Shown piece after piece: positions 38,148 to 47,738 of a stretch of DNA of 52,119 nt; the stretch's first letter is position 1, and every line of letters starts with the position of its first letter. Under the pieces are notes generated by a model. The model did no database searches. It saw only the letters and a list, made by a program, of their open reading frames with translations, and was not told where the DNA came from. Where the stretch lies: assembly GCA_045600365.1 (NCBI GenBank), contig JAZRXT010000103.1, positions 1-52,119 on the forward strand. The letters are read 5' to 3'. The stretch comes from Kiritimatiellia bacterium (lineage in GTDB: Bacteria; Verrucomicrobiota; Kiritimatiellia; RFP12; UBA1067). Made by a program: the position numbers and the translations under genes.

Positions 38148-38300
38148 ATGCCGCGTGATTTGGCCATACTTGCCTGCACTGAGTGCAAGCGCCGCAACTA
38201 TACTACGACGCGCAACAAGAAGACGATGACGGAGCGCGTGGAGAAATCCAAGTACTGCCCCTTTTGTCGCAAGCGCACGGGTCACAAGGAAGTCAAGTGA
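38148..38300 (+). CDS. rpmG: 50S ribosomal protein L33 (zinc-binding form; not in the ORF track)
   Basis: Translated by hand: [50 protein letters not shown]. Confidence 0.96.
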   Translation: MPRDLAILACTECKRRNYTTTRNKKTMTERVEKSKYCPFCRKRTGHKEVK

Positions 38301-38315
38301 TCCAAATATCTCTTT

Positions 38316-38389
38316 AGGGTAGTAGCACAATGGCAGTGCAGCGGTCTCCAAAACCGCCTATGGGGGTTCGATTCCCTCCTACCCTGCCA
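38316..38389 (+). tRNA. tRNA-Trp(CCA)
   Basis: Acceptor stem AGGGTAG/CTACCCT, anticodon arm GCGGT-CTCCAAA-ACCGC, GGTTCGATTCC, CCA end. Confidence 0.96.
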
Positions 38390-38405
38390 ATACGACGAGG
38401 AACAG

Positions 38406-38606
38406 ATGAAAAAGGTTTTCGAGAAGGTCAAGGGATATCTCACCGAGGTTAAAGGTGAGGCGAACCGGGTGACTTGGCCCGATAAGCACGAGCTGTACGA
38501 TTCCACGCTCGTCGTGATTGCCTTCATCTTCATCCTCGCCGTGACAACCCTTGTCTGCGACAAGGTGATTCAGTTGTTCATCCAGGTCGTTCATGCCGGC
38601 GCGTGA
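38406..38606 (+). CDS. secE: preprotein translocase subunit SecE
   Basis: EVKGEANRVTWP plus one TM helix; between tRNA-Trp and nusG. Confidence 0.93.
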   Translation: MKKVFEKVKGYLTEVKGEANRVTWPDKHELYDSTLVVIAFIFILAVTTLVCDKVIQLFIQVVHAGA

Positions 38607-38627
38607 GACTGTTGAGGGGATGTTCCG

Positions 38628-39248
38628 ATGAAGAAGAAGGAATGGTTTGTGCTCCAGACTCTGGTGGGCAAGGAGGGAAAGGTTGTCGAGTCCGTCAACG
38701 CCCGGGTCCGTCTGGAAGACATGGGCGAATACATCGGGCAGGTAGTCATCCCCACTGAGAAGGTCACCGAGAGCAAGAACGGCAAGAAGAAAGTCGTCAC
38801 CAGGAAGATATTCCCGGGCTATGTCCTGATGGAGATGGCCCTTTACGACTATGAGCGCGGAATCGATCCCGCGACCAAGAAGAAGGCTGTTGAGGAGCGC
38901 ACCTGGAATTTCCTGGCGCAGACTCCCGGTCTGATCGGCACCTGGCTTCGCAATCTGCCAACTCCCATGAGCCAGGCGGAGCTGGACGCGATATTCTCCA
39001 ACAAGCCCTCTCAGGCTGCCGAGAAGCCCAAGGCTAAGATTCCTTTCAAGGTGGAAGACACCGTGAAGATCAACGAAGGTCCGTTCATGGGTTTGACGGG
39101 TCTTGTTTCCGTAGTCGATCCCGACAGGGGCAAACTCAAGGTTGAAGTCAACGTCTTCAGCCGCAAGGTTCCTGTCGATGTTGATTACTGGCAGGTCGAG
39201 CTCGCCTCCTCTGAAGAGAAGGTGGAAAGCGCGCCCAGCCAGTTGTAG
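38628..39248 (+). CDS. nusG: transcription termination/antitermination factor NusG
   Basis: WFVLQT, IFPGYVL, KOW motif VKINEGPFMG. Confidence 0.95.
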   Translation: MKKKEWFVLQTLVGKEGKVVESVNARVRLEDMGEYIGQVVIPTEKVTESKNGKKKVVTRKIFPGYVLMEMALYDYERGIDPATKKKAVEERTWNFLAQTPGLIGTWLRNLPTPMSQAELDAIFSNKPSQAAEKPKAKIPFKVEDTVKINEGPFMGLTGLVSVVDPDRGKLKVEVNVFSRKVPVDVDYWQVELASSEEKVESAPSQL

Positions 39249-39316
39249 ACATCATGTTCAGCGGGCCGTCTGCACCGGTGGGACGCCGGGAGGTACCGCG
39301 GAAAAGAAGGTAGATA

Positions 39317-39742
39317 ATGGCTAAGAAAGTCAAGGGAGTTGTAAAACTCCAGATTCCTGCTGGCGCCGCCAATCCCGCGCCGCCTGTGGGTCCCGCGCTC
39401 GGCTCCGCCGGCGTGAACATCATGCAGTTCTGCAAGGAATTCAATGCCAAGACGCAGAAGCAGGCCGGTCTCGTGATCCCGGTGATCATCACCGTCTATC
39501 AGGACCGCAGCTTCTCCCTGCAGTTCAAGTCGCCGCCCGCGAGCGTGCTGCTGAAGAAGGCCGCCGGTCTCGCCAAGGGTTCCGGCGTTCCCAACAAGAA
39601 CAAGGTGGGCAAGGTCACCAAGGCGAATCTCAAGGAGATCGTCGAGATGAAGAAGGCGGACCTCAACACCTCCGATGTCGAGGCGGCCATGCGCATGATC
39701 GCCGGCACCGCCCGTAACATGGGCATTGAAGTCGTGGACTGA
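39317..39742 (+). CDS. rplK: 50S ribosomal protein L11
   Basis: [34 protein letters not shown]. Confidence 0.98.
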   Translation: MAKKVKGVVKLQIPAGAANPAPPVGPALGSAGVNIMQFCKEFNAKTQKQAGLVIPVIITVYQDRSFSLQFKSPPASVLLKKAAGLAKGSGVPNKNKVGKVTKANLKEIVEMKKADLNTSDVEAAMRMIAGTARNMGIEVVD

Positions 39743-39755
39743 AAGGATCCGAATC

Positions 39756-40445
39756 ATGTCCAAGCATAGCAAGAATTATCTCAACTCCCTCAAGGCGGCT
39801 CCCAAGAAGGCCGTCTCGATCGAGGAGGCCGTCAAGTTCATCAAGGCCCACCCCGGCTCGAAGAAGTTCGACGAGACCGTGGATGTCTCCATGCACCTCG
39901 GTGCCGACACCACGAAGACCGACACTCCCGTGCGCGGCACCGTCAAGCTTCCCGCCGGTTCCGGCAAGAATGTCAAGGTTGTCGTCTTCGCCGGCGGTGA
40001 CCACGCCGAAGAGGCCAAGGCCGCCGGTGCCGACTTCGTAGGTCTCGACGACCTGATCGAGAAGGTCATGGGCGGCTGGACCGACTTCGACGTCGCCGTC
40101 GCCACCACCGAAGCCATGAAGAGCGTCCGCAAGTGCGCCCGCGTGCTCGGTCCCCGCGGCCTGATGCCGAACCCGAAGACGGGAACGGTTACCGACGATC
40201 CCGCCGTCGCCGTCAAGGATGCCAAGCCTGGCAAGGTCGACTTCCGCATGGACAAGACCGGCAACTGCTGCGTCATCGCCGGCAAGCTCTCCTTCGAGGC
40301 CGACAAGCTCGTCGACAACATCAAGGCGGTCGTCGAGGCCGTGCAGTCCGCGAAGCCCGCTTCCGTCAAGGGCGCGTTCATCCGCTCCCTTACGATTTCC
40401 TCCACCATGGGCGTGGGCGTTCCCTGCGTGCTCGCTGCCGAGTAA
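39756..40445 (+). CDS. rplA: 50S ribosomal protein L1
   Basis: KFDETVD, RVLGPRGLMPNPKTGTVT, SSTMGVG; SD aaagga. Confidence 0.98.
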   Translation: MSKHSKNYLNSLKAAPKKAVSIEEAVKFIKAHPGSKKFDETVDVSMHLGADTTKTDTPVRGTVKLPAGSGKNVKVVVFAGGDHAEEAKAAGADFVGLDDLIEKVMGGWTDFDVAVATTEAMKSVRKCARVLGPRGLMPNPKTGTVTDDPAVAVKDAKPGKVDFRMDKTGNCCVIAGKLSFEADKLVDNIKAVVEAVQSAKPASVKGAFIRSLTISSTMGVGVPCVLAAE

Positions 40446-40456
40446 GGAGCATCATC

Positions 40457-40951
40457 ATGAGAATTGAAAAGATTGCCATCCTCAACGAAGTCACCGAGCG
40501 CGTCAAGAACTCGGATTACTGCTTCATCCTCAACTACGGCGGCGTTGACGTCGTGAAGCTGGGCGCCCTCCGCGCCGAGCTCCGCGCCTGCGATTCCCGC
40601 CTGCTCGTCGTCAAGAACACCTTCCTCGCGAAGGTTGCCGCCGAGAAGGGCTGGAGCGAGGACGTCGCCAAGATGTTCCAGGGTCCCACCGCCATCGTGA
40701 CGGGCAAGGGCGAGCCCACCGCAGTCGCCAAGGCCGTGGTGAAGTTCGTCGAGGGCAGCGAGGGCAAGGCCTCCGTCAAGGGTGCCGACTACGACAACAA
40801 GATTGTCGACGCCGCGATGGTCGAGGCCCTCTCCAAGGTGCCCGGCAAGAACGAACTGCGCGCGACCTTCCTCATGCTCCTCAAGGAGCCCGCGACGCGT
40901 CTGGCGCGCGTGCTGTCCGAGAAGGCCAAGAAAGAGGGCGGCGCCGCCTAA
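40457..40951 (+). CDS. rplJ: 50S ribosomal protein L10
   Basis: LRAELR, VVKNTFL, FQGPTAI; SD aaggag. Confidence 0.95.
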   Translation: MRIEKIAILNEVTERVKNSDYCFILNYGGVDVVKLGALRAELRACDSRLLVVKNTFLAKVAAEKGWSEDVAKMFQGPTAIVTGKGEPTAVAKAVVKFVEGSEGKASVKGADYDNKIVDAAMVEALSKVPGKNELRATFLMLLKEPATRLARVLSEKAKKEGGAA

Positions 40952-41013
40952 TTGTAATAGTTTCCCTTGGATGCAACACGCCAAGGGTTGACAAGTAAAA
41001 AAGGAAAAGAAAA

Positions 41014-41379
41014 ATGACGAACGAAGAACTCATCAAGGAACTGTCGGGCAAGACCGTTCTCGAAATCAACGAACTCGTGAAGGCCCTCGAAGAGGCGTGG
41101 GGCGTTTCCGCCGCTGCCGCCGTGGCCGTGGCCGGTCCCGCCGCCGGTGCCGCTCCTGCCGAGGAGAAGACCGAATTCGACGTGATCCTCAAGGCCGCCG
41201 GTGCGAACAAGATCGCGGTCATCAAGGAAATCCGCGCCATCACGGGTCTGGGCCTCAAGGACGCCAAGGACATGGTCGAAGGCGCTCCCAAGACGGTCAA
41301 GGAAGGCGCTCCCAAGGAGGAGGCCGACAAGATCGCCGAGCAGCTCAAGAAGGCCGGCGCCGAAGTCGAAATCAAGTAA
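41014..41379 (+). CDS. rplL: 50S ribosomal protein L7/L12
   Basis: [30 protein letters not shown]. Confidence 0.98.
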   Translation: MTNEELIKELSGKTVLEINELVKALEEAWGVSAAAAVAVAGPAAGAAPAEEKTEFDVILKAAGANKIAVIKEIRAITGLGLKDAKDMVEGAPKTVKEGAPKEEADKIAEQLKKAGAEVEIK

Positions 41380-41405
41380 GCTTCGTCTGGCATTCACTAT
41401 GGCCG

Positions 41406-41441
41406 AAAAACGCGCTCCTGCTTTCCAGGGGCGCGTTTTTT
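41406..41441 (+). terminator. intrinsic terminator after rplL
   Basis: aaaaa-cgcgctcctg-ctttc-caggggcgcg-tttttt. Confidence 0.85.
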
Positions 41442-41463
41442 ACCCTAGCCACAATCATTGAAA

Positions 41464-42801
41464 ATGGCGGTGATGGATAGGATTCCTGGAATGATCGGCA
41501 GACGCGCGGCGGCGGTGTATCTGCTTTTCTCCGCGCTCGCTTCCGTGGCCCTTGCGTGCTGCGGCGCCGAACGTTCGCTCGCGCTGATGCGTCACCCCGT
41601 TTCGGGCGTCGCCATCTCGGTCCTTGCCGCCGCCGCTTGCGCCGCCGCGCTTTTCCGCCTTGCCCGCAATTGGCGTCATCCATCGGCCTCGCTGCTCTTC
41701 CACCTTGGCTTCGCGCTGGTGCTGGGAGGATGGATCTACAATCGCGCCGCCGGCCCCGAAGGTGGATATCTCGAACTTCGCGCTGGGCAGACCGGGCGCG
41801 TCGCCGACGCCTTCACGCTCGCCGTGCGCGATTTCTCCATCGAGCGCTACGAGGATACCGGCACCGTTAGCCAGTATCGCTGCCAGGCCGAGGTCGAGGC
41901 GCCGGGCGAACTGCCCGAACAGGTTGAAATCTCCGTCAACCACCCGCTGCGAAAGGCTGGCTGGTGGGTGTACCAGACCTCCTACCGCGGAGCCGAGAAC
42001 CCTCATACTGGCGGGGTGGTGTACTTTACGATTCTTGAATGCGTGCGCGACATCGGCCTCGCTCCGGCCACCCTTGGCGGCGTGCTGCTGATCCTGGGCG
42101 CACTGGTTTTCGCGGTGGCGGGTCTGCGCGATGCCGCCCCGGCCGCCGCCCCGCCGCCAGTTTCTCCGGCGCGTCGCGCGACGCGGATATTGTATGCCCT
42201 CGCCTTTGCGCTGGCGGCAATCATGCTGGTTCGCCGCTGGCTGATCACGGGGCACGCCCCGATGCAGAACATGTACGAGTTCCTGATGTGCGCGCTCGCC
42301 CTGCTGCCGGTCCTTACCTGGATTTCCAGTCGCTTCCATGGTGAACGTACAATGGGGGTGGACTTCTCGCTCATGGCGTTCATCGCGCTGCCGGTGCTGT
42401 TTTTCATGGATGGATCGGTGAAGCGTCTCATGCCTGCGCTGCAAAGTCCGTTCTTCGTCCCCCACGTGGGCGCCTACGTGATTGGATATCTGCTGCTGGT
42501 GCGCGCCGCGCTTGGCGTTGGCCGGCGTCTCGTGGGTGCTGGTTTCTTCCTGCTGACCGTGGGGTTGGTGCTGGGCGCTGCCTGGGGCAAGGTGTGCTGG
42601 GGGCACTGGTGGCAGTTTGATCCCAAGGAGATGTGGTCGCTCGCCACCTGGTTCGTGTACCTGGCCTACTTCCATCTGCGCGCTCGCCTTTCTCCCCGCG
42701 CGGGAAGGGCTTTTCTCGTCGCTGGTGCGGTCATGATCGCCCTCACCCTCACCTGGATCAACCTGTCGCGGATATTCACGGGGATGCACAGCTATGCGTA
42801 G
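41464..42801 (+). CDS. ccsA: compact fused system II cytochrome c biogenesis protein (ResB/CcsB plus ResC/CcsA)
   Basis: FHLGFALV...G and ISVNHPL (ResB-like); GHAPMQNMYE, LMPALQSPFFVPHV, WGHWWQFDPKEMWS, GMHSYA (ResC-like). Start uncertain (41458, 41464 or 41473). Confidence 0.85.
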   Translation: MAVMDRIPGMIGRRAAAVYLLFSALASVALACCGAERSLALMRHPVSGVAISVLAAAACAAALFRLARNWRHPSASLLFHLGFALVLGGWIYNRAAGPEGGYLELRAGQTGRVADAFTLAVRDFSIERYEDTGTVSQYRCQAEVEAPGELPEQVEISVNHPLRKAGWWVYQTSYRGAENPHTGGVVYFTILECVRDIGLAPATLGGVLLILGALVFAVAGLRDAAPAAAPPPVSPARRATRILYALAFALAAIMLVRRWLITGHAPMQNMYEFLMCALALLPVLTWISSRFHGERTMGVDFSLMAFIALPVLFFMDGSVKRLMPALQSPFFVPHVGAYVIGYLLLVRAALGVGRRLVGAGFFLLTVGLVLGAAWGKVCWGHWWQFDPKEMWSLATWFVYLAYFHLRARLSPRAGRAFLVAGAVMIALTLTWINLSRIFTGMHSYA

Positions 42802-43720
42802 GACAATGACGATACTGGTGGCGCTCGCCGCCCTGCTCTGCACCGCCGCCACACCCTCCATGGCGCCTCGCGCGCCGTATCGCGGAGCGATTGCGATCGA
42901 TGCCGATAGCGGACGCATCCTGTTTGCCGATTCGTCCGATGTCCAGGGCCGCCCCGCCAGCGTTACCAAGCTGATGACCTTTCTACTGGTGCTCGAGGAT
43001 CTGGCGGCAGGGCGGTATTCGCTCTCCGACGAGGTGCCGGCAAGCGCCTATGCTTCTTCCATGGAGCCCAGCCGGGTCGACCTGTTTCGTGGCGGCAGGA
43101 TGACGGTGGAGGATCTGCTCTGGTCGATTATGGTCAAGAGCGCCAACGACGCCGCAGTGGCGCTGGCGGAATATGCCGCCTGGCAGTGGAGCGGACGCAC
43201 CGAGCTCCCGCCGGATCGCGCAACCGATCGCTCGCTGCTCAACTCCTTTATCGCCCGCATGAACCGCCGCGCCGGCGAACTCGGAATGAAGTCCACCCGC
43301 TACGCCTCGCCGAATGGTCTGCCGCCGGGGAAGGGGGAGAAGCGCGGCTGGGATGTATCCACCGCCGCGGATCTCGCGCTACTCGCCCGCCGGCTTGTCT
43401 CCATGCGCGCATCGCTGCGCTACACTTCCGCCGCCTTCCATACGGTGCGCACCTGTCGCGGCGACAAGCTTACCCTGCGCAACCACAACTACTTCGTTCC
43501 CGGCAACCGCGACGAGAAGGGCCTTTGTGTTCCAGTTAAGGAATGTGACGGACTCAAGACCGGCTACACTGCCGCCAGCGGAAGCTCCATCGTGCTCACT
43601 GCCGCCCGCAACGGCCGGCGCGTGGTGGTGGTGGTGCTGTCCAGCGCCGGCCGTCACGAGCGCGAAGGCGCAGCCCAGAGGATTCTCAAGGACGCCTTGG
43701 ATTCGGTATCACTCTGGTAG
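42794..43720 (+). CDS. D-alanyl-D-alanine carboxypeptidase (peptidase S11)
   Basis: Signal peptide; PASVTK, SAND, GLKTGYT. Confidence 0.92.
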   Translation: MRRTMTILVALAALLCTAATPSMAPRAPYRGAIAIDADSGRILFADSSDVQGRPASVTKLMTFLLVLEDLAAGRYSLSDEVPASAYASSMEPSRVDLFRGGRMTVEDLLWSIMVKSANDAAVALAEYAAWQWSGRTELPPDRATDRSLLNSFIARMNRRAGELGMKSTRYASPNGLPPGKGEKRGWDVSTAADLALLARRLVSMRASLRYTSAAFHTVRTCRGDKLTLRNHNYFVPGNRDEKGLCVPVKECDGLKTGYTAASGSSIVLTAARNGRRVVVVVLSSAGRHEREGAAQRILKDALDSVSLW

Positions 43721-43728
43721 GAATTGGA

Positions 43729-44580
43729 ATGTGCTTCTTCTCCACAGTTCTGCTACTGCTGGCCAACCTCACGGTGGGTACCTGGAATCTGCGCTGGTTC
43801 CCTAGCGGACGTGCCGAGCACCGCGCCTCCACGCGTGTCGAGATGGCGGCCACGCTGGATGCTGCGGAGGTCATCGCCACCAATCTCGTGCACCGCAGCG
43901 GTGGAGCGATTGTCTTTCTACAGGAGCTGCGCGACGAAAAGACCACCTCCAATCTTGTGTCCGCCGTGGGCTGCGGCATGAAGCTGGCGGCCATCAGCGC
44001 CTTCCGTGACTTCGACCGGCGCCTCGGTTGGCAGCAGAATGCCATTATTTCCGATCTTCCGGTTATCTCCAGCGGCTTCTCGTATTGGAAACGATCCCGT
44101 GGCGTGCTGCCGCCGCGCGGTTTCACCTATGCGATACTCGACGCTGGCGCGATGGGGCCAATCTTCTGCTGTTGCGTACACCTCAAGAGCAACTATGGCG
44201 CCAAGACCGACCAGCTTCGTGCCGCCAATTCGGCAAAGCGCGAGCTTTCGGCCGACCAGCTGGTCGCCCTGACGAAGAAGGCAGTCACCCCGGATGGACG
44301 TCATTGTGCCCGCTTCATCATTGCGGGGGATTTCAATTTCGACCCCTATTCGGGTGCCTTCAAGGGTGAGACAACCATGGAGAAGCTTGTTGGCGCCGGC
44401 TTCATCAACTGCTTTGAAGGTGTTCCGGCGGCCAACCGTGGCACTCACATCGGAACTGGGCGCTTCCCGGACTCCACGCTTGATTTCATTCTTCACCGCG
44501 GTTTCTCCACACAGTCGCCTCCCCATCTCTCGCCCGCCCATGATGTAAGCGACCACCGCGCCGTCTGGATGGTTTTGTAG
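43729..44580 (+). CDS. EEP-family protein
   Basis: TWNLRWF, LQE, VHLKS, AGDFN, LDFI, SDH. Confidence 0.85.
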   Translation: MCFFSTVLLLLANLTVGTWNLRWFPSGRAEHRASTRVEMAATLDAAEVIATNLVHRSGGAIVFLQELRDEKTTSNLVSAVGCGMKLAAISAFRDFDRRLGWQQNAIISDLPVISSGFSYWKRSRGVLPPRGFTYAILDAGAMGPIFCCCVHLKSNYGAKTDQLRAANSAKRELSADQLVALTKKAVTPDGRHCARFIIAGDFNFDPYSGAFKGETTMEKLVGAGFINCFEGVPAANRGTHIGTGRFPDSTLDFILHRGFSTQSPPHLSPAHDVSDHRAVWMVL

Positions 44581-44581
44581 T

Positions 44582-44635
44582 GGATATGTGTCGCGCAAGC
44601 GAGTTGGTGGATCGCGGATATGTGTCGCGCAAGCG
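44582..44635. repeat. 20 bp perfect direct repeat x2
   Basis: ggatatgtgtcgcgcaagcg at 44582-44601 and 44616-44635. Confidence 0.9.
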
Positions 44636-44765
44636 TCGTCCTGGTGCGAGGCCCTTCAGACCGAAGCACTTTCGTAGATTTTTTTTCATTTTTTTATTCA
44701 CTTTTGACTGATTTTTCGGTATAATATAAGTTCATTTCTCTAGGAAAACAGGAGTAAGAAAAACC

Positions 44766-45047
44766 ATGGCGAATATCAAAGGCGGCCGTGCCGCCCGTAA
44801 ACGCGACCGTCAGAATGCGAAGGCCAACAAGCGCAATGTGGCCGTCAAGACGCATCTGCACACGTCTCACAAGAAGCTCTTCAAGGCGGCGGATGCCGGC
44901 AAGAAGGACGATGCCGAGAAGGAATTCAAGGAATTCGTGAGCGGTCTCGACAAGGCGGTTAAGAAGGGCGTGATCACCAAGAACACGGCCGACCGCAAGA
45001 AATCCCGTGCGCAGCTCAGGATGAACAAGCTTGCTGCTGCTAAGTAA
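44766..45047 (+). CDS. rpsT: 30S ribosomal protein S20
   Basis: MANIK...[26 protein letters not shown]; -10 TATAAT at 44720, SD aggag. Confidence 0.93.
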   Translation: MANIKGGRAARKRDRQNAKANKRNVAVKTHLHTSHKKLFKAADAGKKDDAEKEFKEFVSGLDKAVKKGVITKNTADRKKSRAQLRMNKLAAAK

Positions 45048-45075
45048 TCCAATTCAAACAACAGAGGGCAGTGCA

Positions 45076-46395
<1,320 letters not shown>

Positions 46396-46398
46396 GCG

Positions 46399-47729
46399 TC
46401 ACGCCTCGCGCGGCAGGGAGAGGGTGAAGGTGCTTCCCCCCCCTCGCGCGGGGCATACACTAGGTCTCCACCCATCCCGCGGGCCAGCCCGCGCGAGATG
46501 AAGAGCCCGAGACCTAGTCCTTTCACCTCGGTGGCAAGGGAATCAACGGCACGGTAGAACTGCTCGAAGATCCTTGCCGCTTTTTCTTTTGGGATTCCCG
46601 GGCCGCGGTCGGCCACCGTGAGTTCGACTTGGTCGCCGCCGATTCTCGCGCCCACCTCGATGGCTCCGGATTTTGGCGCGTACTTGGCCGCGTTGCTGAG
46701 CAGATTGGATAGTATCTGGCACACGGCATCGCGATCCGCAAACGTGCACAGGCCTTCTTCAATCCTGGTTTCGGCCTTGAGCCCTCTCTGCGCGAGGTTC
46801 GGGCTCTCCGCTCTCACCATCTCCTGCACCACGCTCTTCACGTCGACCCTTTCGTGCTTGTAGCTTCGCAGGTCCTGTTCCAGCCGGCAGTAGTCCAGCA
46901 GCCTGCCTATTGAACGGGTCAGTCTTTCGCATTGCAGGGAGATCGTCTTGTATGCTTCCAATCGTTCTGTCTCCGTCTTGTACGATCCGATCTGCAGCAT
47001 GAAGCTCATGTTGGTGATGGGCTGCACCTCATTGGCTATTTCGTGCGAGGCATTGTTGAAGTTCTCTGTCTGCTGCCTGTTTTTACGCTCCTCCCCCTCT
47101 GCGCGCTGCCTGTATATCCACGCGCCGAGCACGAGCACGCCGATGAACACCGCCGACAGCAGTCCCACCAGTATTGCCCTGGAGAAACGTTCTGGCTCCT
47201 CGACCGGGTTTTCCGGGTATATCAATCCCCGCACCGTGATGGCGTCAGTTCCCTTGGCGGATTTATCCTTCGCATGACTTCTTATTCGCGTCCATAGCAC
47301 GAAATGCGCCGCGCCTTCCTCGTCGGCCGCGGCGAGTTCCATAAGTCCGCGGCTGGGGGATTTTATTCCCGGGCTCTTCCATTCCTTCAGGTTCTTGATC
47401 CTCTCCAGCTGGTCCTTGATTTCCGCCGGGATGTTCCCCGCAATGGATAGCGTACCGCCCCGCTGCCATTTGAACGTGCCTGCCGCCGTGTGCCGATTGT
47501 CTTGCGCCGCCCAGGCGGTGATTGCCGCTTCAACTTCCTTCTCTTCGTCGCCTACGCTGTTGATGGCGTCCGCAAGCTTCGTGGCCGTCACCTGCACGCT
47601 GTCGCGATATGCCGCCCCGACCCGTTCGCGCTCGTATCCGTCAAGATAGCAGACGAGTAGAATGCACGCCCCCAACGCCAGCAGGGCGGGCAGCAGCGTT
47701 ACAAGCGTGAACTTTGCGAGTGGCTTCAT
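46399..47729 (-). pseudogene. orphan sensor histidine kinase with apparent 1 nt frameshift in a G8 tract near the 3' end (sequencing error or phase variation)
   Basis: Two TM segments, SHE H-box, NLLSNAAKY, DRGPGI, GLGLGL. Adding one G at 46436-46443 gives GGGSTFTLSLPREA-stop at 46399, removing a 436 nt overlap with pgk. Confidence 0.75.
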
Positions 47730-47738
47730 GGTGGTCGC

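Noticed and set aside
39249-39316. Possible L1-binding autoregulatory leader before rplK
   Set aside because: A GC-rich stem with GGGAG is present and the position fits, but I could not fit the consensus confidently by eye.
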